DNA of 64,000 nucleotides from an uncultured delta proteobacterium (GTDB lineage Bacteria; Desulfobacterota; Binatia; UBA9968): NCBI GenBank assembly GCA_963727625.1, contig CAVSHR010000005.1, positions 1,051,951 to 1,115,950 of the forward strand, read 5' to 3'. Shown piece by piece: positions 20,990 to 28,900 of this stretch (position 1 is its first letter; each line of letters starts with the position of its first letter). The notes under the pieces were generated by a model. It saw only the letters and a program-made list of their open reading frames with translations, ran no database searches and was not told where the DNA came from. The position numbers and the translations under genes were made by a program.

Positions 20990-21937
20990 TTAGCTAATCC
21001 TCACCACCATCTTTTCAATCCGATCTCTGAGTTTTTTGTCCTTGGCCATCTGAGATTCTATCGCACGGCAATTCCAACTCACCGTCGAATAATTTCCGAT
21101 TCCAAAGTATTCCGCCATCTCAGGCAACGTCCGATCACAACAGCGCTTCACCAAGTACAACGCCACTTTCCGCGCCTCGTTCTCCCGGCCCCTTATTCCG
21201 CGAAAGATCTCCTCCCGCGCTACCTTGTACTGACGCACAACTTCGTTGATCACACGCTCCGGTCCCATTTCGACGACCCGCCGCTCATAGCGGGGATGTT
21301 CCCGTGCGGTCGGCGCGCCTAAAACTCTGAGCCGCTCGATGAACGCTTCACTGCCGAGGATCGGACTCCGACGCTGCGATTCATAATACTGCTTAAGCGA
21401 CTCCTCGTTTCCCGATAGCACAAACTCGTGAAACGGCTGTCGCCCTCCAAGCTGTTCCAAGGCCGGGGTGGTATCGAGCCAGCCCGGCGCTCCTCTGGCC
21501 TGAACATAATACCGGTGGCTCGCCCACGGATAATCCTCGGGCATCTTGACCCATCCGGCCTCTACCGCGTTTAAATGAATATAACGGACCACCGCTGCCA
21601 GATACTCATCAGCATCGATAAGAATCGCCTTATATCGGCCGCGGAACAGCGTCCCGTCGCGCCGGTGGCGGCGGTTGAATCGCTGGGTATAGATGCCGTT
21701 CAAGTGGCGCATGACTCGGGATAGATTCCCTCTCGGGGTTCTCACACAGAGGTGATAATGGTTTCCCATCAGGGAATAGGCAAAGACTTCGATGTCCCAC
21801 AGCCGATGGGCTTCGGCCAGGGTGTCGAGAAAGGCTTGATTGTCGGCCTCGTCGACAAACGTGGGCTGTCTTGCCCGACCCCGGTTCATGACGTGGTACA
21901 CCGCTTGGGGATACTGAATTCTTAGCGGTCGCGACAT
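20990..21937 (-). CDS. REP-associated tyrosine (HUH/Y1) transposase with C-terminal DnaA-like HTH
   Basis: YHVMNRG, HUH motif LMGNHYHL, LFRGRYKA, catalytic-Tyr motif RYIHLN and C-terminal ARKVALYL...LPEMAEYFG. Confidence 0.9.
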   Translation of the reverse strand: MSRPLRIQYPQAVYHVMNRGRARQPTFVDEADNQAFLDTLAEAHRLWDIEVFAYSLMGNHYHLCVRTPRGNLSRVMRHLNGIYTQRFNRRHRRDGTLFRGRYKAILIDADEYLAAVVRYIHLNAVEAGWVKMPEDYPWASHRYYVQARGAPGWLDTTPALEQLGGRQPFHEFVLSGNEESLKQYYESQRRSPILGSEAFIERLRVLGAPTAREHPRYERRVVEMGPERVINEVVRQYKVAREEIFRGIRGRENEARKVALYLVKRCCDRTLPEMAEYFGIGNYSTVSWNCRAIESQMAKDKKLRDRIEKMVVRIS

Positions 21938-21990
21938 GCGCTTAGGACTATCTCAGAAGGCTAGAACTAGTCAACTCCAGATTTGAACCC

Positions 21991-22193
21991 TCAATTCCGC
22001 TGCAAGCTCGGGTTGAAGGGTAACTATCCCGATGATGATGGAGAAAATACCGAAGAACCTGCTGAAAAAACTGCCCTTCTTTTTCTTATGCCGATGGAAA
22101 TACCCGTCGGGGTCAATGTAGTTCTGGGGATTGTTGACGACGTAGCTGTAGCGGTTGAGATTCTGCGGATCGTACGGCGTTTGGACATGAAGG
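21991..22193 (-). pseudogene. Third, truncated Rhs cassette (core end plus start of a different tip)
   Basis: Not in the ORF track. Translates VQTPYDPQNLNRYSYVVNNPQNYIDPDGYFHRHKKKKGSFFSRFFGIFSIIIGIVTLQPELAAEL and then runs into the RAYT end. Diverged at DNA level from the other two copies. Confidence 0.88.
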
Positions 22194-22269
22194 TTTCGGT
22201 TAGGTGGGAGACGACGACAAGTTAGGCAACTTGGGCAAGTCCGGCACCTGCGTGCTTCGTATTTGCTGG

Positions 22270-22689
22270 TTACGACTGTCTGTTACGATCAACCCTCGCG
22301 CACATGCCGTAGGCGACCATCGCAACTATTGTGGAAAAAAAGAAGCTCCACAAGAATATAGCTGCTCCTTGATGTAACAGCAGAAGACTCACTGGAATTA
22401 CTGGCGTGACGGCCAGAGCAGCAAGGCGTGGATGCCTCTCAACAAAACCGTACGGCAAGACGAGCGACAATACGCAATAAACAATTGAACCCAACACCAC
22501 TGGGACCACAAAAAGGAGATACATGTACGCCGCGCTACCTAAAAACCATAATAAGGTGTCACTACCCGGTGCACCTCGGAGCCTGAGTTCAAACTCCAGC
22601 GCAACCAAAAACACGGGCAAAAACACCACCGCCGCCATGAAGGCGTTCCAAAGGAACATCGATATGAGTTTCCGCCACTTCACTATCAT
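22270..22689 (-). CDS. Putative immunity protein for the orphan toxin (about 4 TM helices)
   Basis: ATGA overlap with the orphan toxin stop; hydrophobic 139-aa product; AT-richer than flanks. Confidence 0.7.
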   Translation of the reverse strand: MIVKWRKLISMFLWNAFMAAVVFLPVFLVALEFELRLRGAPGSDTLLWFLGSAAYMYLLFVVPVVLGSIVYCVLSLVLPYGFVERHPRLAALAVTPVIPVSLLLLHQGAAIFLWSFFFSTIVAMVAYGMCARVDRNRQS

Positions 22690-24301
22690 TGCGTTCCAAC
22701 CGTTACACTACCGCAAATTCCTGTGAGGCATATGGGATTCGACTCCCGGCTCCGAAACAAGAACTGCGTTGATCCGCCTACGGTCCGCGTAAGCTCAAAG
22801 GAAGGGAACGGGTCTATGACGCCTCGGGCGAGAATGCCCCCCGAATTTGCTGTAATCGAGAGGTTAAAGTCTATTGCCGGACCAATGCCGAACGGATCAA
22901 AAGAATTTCGAACAGCACCGCTCAAACCCACCGTGTTTCCTCTTACCCCAACGTTTACTATATTACCTTGGCCAATTGTCAAAGCAGACCTGCAGACTTG
23001 AACTGCTGCGGCACATGTAGGGTTGACCTGAAAAGTGCCAGATCCCGTCTCAAAATCGAGATTGAAAAACGCGCGGGACCGAGTGGGATTTGGAGCAGGA
23101 TCAAAATCGCGCGCATCTCCCCGAAGACCAAGGGCGGCTGGGGACCCAATGAAGAACTCGCCTCGCGCCGATCCGGCACCAGGAACTACTGGAATAGGAA
23201 ACTTGATCAACACAGGACTTGCTCCGCAAAAATCGTCTCCTGCACGGCAGCTCGCGAGGCCAGAGAACAAGTCAAGAGACCCGTCCGGAGCCGCGGCGGA
23301 CAAGCCCCGGTTTTGAAGGTCCGACTGGATACCGGCGAGCGAGTGGCCGATGTCGCCCAGCGCAAACGCCGTGCCCAAACCGAACCCGAAATCCGCTCCC
23401 GGCGGTAGCCCCGCCGCGATAAAGGCAAGGTTAAAAACGATGCGAAAGATTTTTCCAAAGATGCTGTTAAAGAACCCGCCCTTTTTCTTATGCCGATGGA
23501 AATACCCATCGGGGTCGATGTAGTTCTGGGGATTGTTAACGACGTAGCTGTAGCGGTTGAGATTCTGCGGATCTAGCGGCGTCTGGACGAAGGGATCGGC
23601 GGACACGAACCGTCCGGTCTCGGCGTCGTAGTATCTTCCCCCGTAATAGTAAAGCCCGCTCTCGGGGTCGAGCTTCTGGCCGGTGAACCGGTGGGTTGGG
23701 TCGATCGTGCCCTCGGTTCGGGAAACACTGCCCCAGGGATCGTATTCGTTGAGCTGAACTCGGGTGCCAGCGATGTCGGTGATGACATTGACGCTGCCCA
23801 GGTGATCGTTGTGGTAGAAGTATTTGTTTGTTCCTCTTTTTGAAGCGAAGTTTTCGATCCCAATTCGGATAAACTTCGTGATCACTCCGTTGGGATCGAT
23901 CTCGTAGCCGGCAAAGGGATAAATGGTGGTGCCACCCGGGGCATTCTTTTTTACGCGCACACCTGCATAGTCGTACTCCATCGACGTGCTGCCGCCGCCG
24001 GCGATGGCAATGCTGCTGACCCGGTTATCAATATCCCAGGTCAGCGTCTGGTTGCCTCTGGCGAGCATGTTGCCGTTGGCGTCGTAGCTGTAGTTTTTGC
24101 TCAAGCCCGAATGATTGGTGACCGCGGAGGGATGGTTGGCGTCGCTGTAGCTCAGCACCGCCCCGCACTTGTCGGTGAGATTGCCGATGGCGTTGTAGGT
24201 GTAGGTGCAGTTCTGCTGGGACTGATTCGTCCCGAAGGTGCCGGAACCACTGATCATCCGGTTGAGATCGTCATAACCAAACGTCCGGCTTGCCGTGAAC
24301 A
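22686..24301 (-). pseudogene. Orphan Rhs cassette: core fragment plus alternative C-terminal toxin (DUF3238-like motifs)
   Basis: The first ~330 codons match the main Rhs gene and the tip differs after PDGSL (GDARDF..SR, PAIDF, DPFPSFE). No native start: the TTG is created by the junction with the RAYT end. Confidence 0.88.
23310..24301. repeat. 992-bp direct repeat, copy A (copy B at 26563-27554)
   Basis: Sequences look identical by eye at a constant offset of 3253, and translated ORFs in two frames are identical in the ORF track. Confidence 0.92.
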
Positions 24302-24313
24302 AGGGGTCGGGAA

Positions 24314-25329
24314 GGGGTCAAGTATGGAGTTAGCTAATCCTCGCCACCATCTTTTCGATCCGATCTCTGAGTTTTTTGTCCTTGGCCATCTGAGATTCTA
24401 CCGCACGACAATTCCAACTCACTGTCGAATAAGTTCCGATGCCGAAGTATTCCGCGATCTCAGGCAAGGGCCGATCGCAACAGCGCTTCACCAAGTAAAG
24501 CGCCACTTTCCGCGCCTCGTTCTCCCGTCCCCTTATTCCGCGAAAGATCTCCTGCCGCGCTACCTTGTACCGACGCACGACTTCGTTGATCACACGCTCC
24601 GGTCCCACCTCGACGACGCGCCGCTCATAGCGGGGATGTTCCCGTGCGGCGGGCACACCTAAAACTCTAAGCCGCTCGATGAACGTTTCACTGCCGAGGA
24701 TCGGACTCCGACGCTTGGACTCATAATACTGCTTGAGCGACTCCTCGTTTCCCGATAGCACAAACTCGTGAAACGCCTGTCGCCCTCCAAGCTGTTCCAA
24801 TGCCGGGGTGGTATCGAGCCAACCCGGTGCTCCTCTGGCCTGAACATAATACCGGTGGCTCGCCCACAGATAATCCTCGGGCATCTTGACCCATCCCGCC
24901 TCTACCGCGTTTAAATGAATATAACGGACCACCGCTGCCAGATACTCATCGGCCTCAATGAGGATCGCCTTATATCGGCCGCGGAACAGCGTCCCGTCGC
25001 GCCGGTGGCGGCGGTTGAATCGCTGGGTATAGATACCGTCCAAGTGGCGCATTACTCGGGATAGATTCCCTCTCGGTGTTCTCACACACAGGTGATAATG
25101 ATTTCCCATCAGAGAATAGGCAAAGACTTGGACGTCCCACAGCCGATGGGCTTCGGCGAGGGTATCGAGAAAGGCTTGATCGTCGGCCTCGTCGATAAAC
25201 GTGGGCTGTCGTGCCCGACCCCGGTTCATGACATGGTACACCGCTTGGGGGAACTGTATTCTCAAGGGACGGGACATGGATATGAACTATCAAAGAAGGA
25301 GGGAACTAGTCAACTCCAGATTTGACCCC
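24314..25329 (-). mobile_element. RAYT-like HUH transposase element, copy 2 (1016 bp, intact)
   Basis: Ends ggggtcaagtatggagttagctaa and ctagtcaactccagatttgacccc are imperfect inverted repeats. Confidence 0.88.
24330..25277 (-). CDS. REP-associated tyrosine (HUH/Y1) transposase, paralog of 20990..21937
   Basis: Same length (315 aa) and motifs as copy 1, with scattered substitutions. Confidence 0.9.
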   Translation of the reverse strand: MSRPLRIQFPQAVYHVMNRGRARQPTFIDEADDQAFLDTLAEAHRLWDVQVFAYSLMGNHYHLCVRTPRGNLSRVMRHLDGIYTQRFNRRHRRDGTLFRGRYKAILIEADEYLAAVVRYIHLNAVEAGWVKMPEDYLWASHRYYVQARGAPGWLDTTPALEQLGGRQAFHEFVLSGNEESLKQYYESKRRSPILGSETFIERLRVLGVPAAREHPRYERRVVEVGPERVINEVVRRYKVARQEIFRGIRGRENEARKVALYLVKRCCDRPLPEIAEYFGIGTYSTVSWNCRAVESQMAKDKKLRDRIEKMVARIS

Positions 25330-25387
25330 CAATTGCCCCCAATTGCCTCCCAATTGCCTCCTGACCCCAATTGCACCATTCAATTGC
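25330..25387. repeat. Stutter array of CAATTGC (5 copies) with a repeated TGACCCC end motif
   Basis: CAATTGC at 25330, 25340, 25351, 25368 and 25381; second tgacccc at 25362. Confidence 0.85.
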
Positions 25388-25405
25388 CACATGCTCTTTC
25401 CCCTT

Positions 25406-25972
25406 CTATCTGCTTTCCCATGAGCCGAGTCCCCCAGCGCTCCTCTCCGGCTTGTAGAGCTCAGGACCCATTATGGTACTCATTATCTTTGCAATGTCTG
25501 ATGAAAAGTATAATGAAGACGTGCCGTACGACATCAATGCGCCAAGATCCTGCCCCACGCAAGGATAGTACTTGAGGTAGCCGACGCGCATCAGATCTCG
25601 ATCAAACGCGAGAATGAGGTAAACAACATCGCTGGCAAAGATGTCGCAACGTGTGTCCTTGGGAACCTCGTTTCTCGCTGCGCGGAAGAACGCTGCAATG
25701 TCCTCACGCCTCGTTGTTTCATAAACCCATGCACTAGACCGGATCTCATCTACACTAAACAGGGCATCTTTTCCCCTCTTTGTCTTGTACATCTGCAAGA
25801 CATCCACAGTATCTGCCGCATCTTGCTTGGTACTCAGTGCGTAGAATTGTGAGAAGTTGAGCAAGAGGTGGGAATAAGTGGGGTCAAGAAACCACCCGCT
25901 TCCCTCCTGCTTCGAGCAGGCGGAAGCGAGCGCCAGGATCAGAAGCGCCAGAACCCGGAACTTTGACATCAT
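25406..25972 (-). CDS. Putative lipoprotein immunity protein of the full-length Rhs toxin
   Basis: ATGA overlap with the toxin stop; signal MSKFRVLALLILALASA-C with a lipobox. Confidence 0.75.
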   Translation of the reverse strand: MMSKFRVLALLILALASACSKQEGSGWFLDPTYSHLLLNFSQFYALSTKQDAADTVDVLQMYKTKRGKDALFSVDEIRSSAWVYETTRREDIAAFFRAARNEVPKDTRCDIFASDVVYLILAFDRDLMRVGYLKYYPCVGQDLGALMSYGTSSLYFSSDIAKIMSTIMGPELYKPERSAGGLGSWESR

Positions 25973-28900
25973 CGAGGAAATCTCACTGGCCGCTGGCCGA
26001 CGAATTCAATCAAAAAGTCGCGGCCGGGAAGACGTCTGCCCACAGCATTGGCGAAGCCCGGCTTGTCAAAATTGAAGGCTTCACGCCTACCTGAGACGAA
26101 TCCTTCGAAAGACAAATTGCCGCTCGGATCCTTGGCGAGTGTTCCTTCGAGAAGGAGCGTTGAGGTCCCGGTGCGAAGGGAGCCTGTGTCGACCTGCAGG
26201 GACAACCTAAGTTGCCTAGCTGAACCAGGTGCAAGGTCCGCCGCAGATCTGGTGAAACCTGGGAACTGTTCGGGTTGAGCCCCCGTATCCAGACTTGAGA
26301 AAGGAACCCTAGCGATGTCAGGCCGTCCCGGTAAAGCACCGCGCATGAAGAATAAGCCAGGCAAGATCAGTGTCGTTGGTAAATCGGTACCATTTTCCTT
26401 TCCACTAATCAGCAAACGAAGAAGATCTAGTCTCGCATCCGAGCATACATCACATCCTGCCTCCACCGCCAATTGCAAGGCCGGGCTAAAAAACCCTCCT
26501 CCACCGGCGTGACTTAGACCGGGAATTAAGGACCCGTCCGGAGGCGCGGCTGATAACCCCCCGTTTTGAAGGTCCGACTGGATACCGGCGAGCGAGTGGC
26601 CGATGTCGCCCAGCGCAAACGCCGTGCCCAAACCGAACCCGAAATCCGCTCCCGGCGGTAGCCCCGCCGCGATAAAGGCAAGGTTAAAAACGATGCGAAA
26701 GATTTTTCCAAAGATGCTGTTAAAGAACCCGCCCTTTTTCTTATGCCGATGGAAATACCCATCGGGGTCGATGTAGTTCTGGGGATTGTTAACGACGTAG
26801 CTGTAGCGGTTGAGATTCTGCGGATCTAGCGGCGTCTGGACGAAGGGATCGGCGGACACGAACCGTCCGGTCTCGGCGTCGTAGTATCTTCCCCCGTAAT
26901 AGTAAAGCCCGCTCTCGGGGTCGAGCTTCTGGCCGGTGAACCGGTGGGTTGGGTCGATCGTGCCCTCGGTTCGGGAAACACTGCCCCAGGGATCGTATTC
27001 GTTGAGCTGAACTCGGGTGCCAGCGATGTCGGTGATGACATTGACGCTGCCCAGGTGATCGTTGTGGTAGAAGTATTTGTTTGTTCCTCTTTTTGAAGCG
27101 AAGTTTTCGATCCCAATTCGGATAAACTTCGTGATCACTCCGTTGGGATCGATCTCGTAGCCGGCAAAGGGATAAATGGTGGTGCCACCCGGGGCATTCT
27201 TTTTTACGCGCACACCTGCATAGTCGTACTCCATCGACGTGCTGCCGCCGCCGGCGATGGCAATGCTGCTGACCCGGTTATCAATATCCCAGGTCAGCGT
27301 CTGGTTGCCTCTGGCGAGCATGTTGCCGTTGGCGTCGTAGCTGTAGTTTTTGCTCAAGCCCGAATGATTGGTGACCGCGGAGGGATGGTTGGCGTCGCTG
27401 TAGCTCAGCACCGCCCCGCACTTGTCGGTGAGATTGCCGATGGCGTTGTAGGTGTAGGTGCAGTTCTGCTGGGACTGATTCGTCCCGAAGGTGCCGGAAC
27501 CACTGATCATCCGGTTGAGATCGTCATAACCAAACGTCCGGCTTGCCGTGAACAGGCTGTCCGTAATCGAGGTGACGTTGCCGTTATTGTCGTAGCCGTA
27601 GGCAAGATTCTGCTGGTTGTTGGAAGTGGTCCGGTTGGTAACTCTGAAGTTGGCAGCGTTGTAGGTCCAGGTGGTGGTGAGGCTGTTGGCATAGGTCAGC
27701 GCGGTCTTTTGCCCTCTGGCGTTGTACGTGACGGCGTTGATGTAACCGGGTGCGCTGCTCAGCCAGCCCGCTTCGTTGTAAGTGTAGGTGACCGTCTCAC
27801 TGTCGGGGAATGTCTCGCTGGTGATGCGGCCGAGGGCGTCGTAGCTCTGAGCCATCGTATGCCACACGCCCAGAAGCTGGCGCTGGGTCTGGGTGGTTCT
27901 GCCGAGCTGATCGTAGGCAAATTTCGTCGTGGTCGCCTGATCGACGATCTGGGTCACCCGGCCTTTCGAATAGGGCACCGCGGCATCGTCATAGGTCCAG
28001 GCGACTAGGGTCGTGCTCCCCTGCTTTTTGGTAAGCGGACGGCCAAGGGAATCGTAAGTAAACGTCAGTGTCTGGTTTTTGGCGTCTTTCTGGGTCAGAA
28101 GGTCGCCGGCTAGATTATACGTGTACACCCAGGCGCCGGGCGTGCTGGTGGAACATGTTGTCAGACTGGACGCCGTGCCCATGTTGGGGTCGCACATGGC
28201 GATCTTGCGGCCCAGATAGTCATACGCGTTCAGGGTGTTGTGGCCGGCGTTATTGGTCACTTTGGTCAAAGAATCCGCCGCGTCGTACTGGTAGGTCGTA
28301 AAGTAAGACGCGCCGCTGTTGACTTCCTCGACCTGGATCACCCGGTGATGGGAATCGGTGTAAGTCCGTTTGATCTTTCCTCGCGGATCGGTGGCAATCA
28401 CTTCGTGATGATCGTAGGCGGTCTGCGCGTTGGTGCCGTCCGGGAAATTCACCCGCGTCTGCCGCCCGAGTACGTCGTAGAGGAATTCCGTCCAGACGGC
28501 TGTTTCAGTCGTAAAACGCGGCGCCGAGGTCCTCCACTCAAGCCCCCGGCTGTCAAAGAAAGTTTCGCTGACGATGGCCTGGCCGCCGGGTCCTTCCTGC
28601 GCAGATTGATAGTTCCGGCCCAAGCCGTCGAAGTACGCCTCGCTCGATATGTAATTGCCCGTGCCATGCTGCTCGGTCCGATAGGCGGTTACCCGCTGCA
28701 AGCTGGGATTACCCCAGTTGAGATAGAACGTGCTCACGGTTCCATAGGTCGAGCTGCCGTCGAGCGGGCCGGTAATTTTTGTTACCCGACCAAACACATC
28801 GTAAGTTGAGGTCGTCGTCTGATTGTTGGCATCGGTCTGGCTGGTCATGACGCCGAAGCGCTCGTCATATGCCATCGTGCTTTGATGATTGAGGCAGTTG

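Larger units (their letters stand above)
19145..21990 (-). mobile_element. RAYT-like HUH transposase element, copy 1 (about 1017 bp net, interrupted by IS1182)
   Basis: Left end ggggtcaagtatggagttag (19145) and right end ctagtcaactccagatttgaaccc (to 21990) form imperfect inverted repeats, the same ends as copy 2. Confidence 0.85.

Noticed and set aside
22686-24302. 538-aa ORF as an independently expressed gene
   Set aside because: The TTG start is created by the junction with the RAYT end and the protein begins mid-YD-repeat; treated as an orphan cassette.
25330-25387. CAATTGC array as a mini-CRISPR
   Set aside because: Units are 7 bp with 3-10 bp gaps, there are no spacer-length unique sequences, and no cas genes are present.
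23310-27554. Repeat pair as a diversity-generating retroelement TR/VR
   Set aside because: No reverse transcriptase in the window, no adenine-specific mismatches, and the repeat is far longer than a TR.
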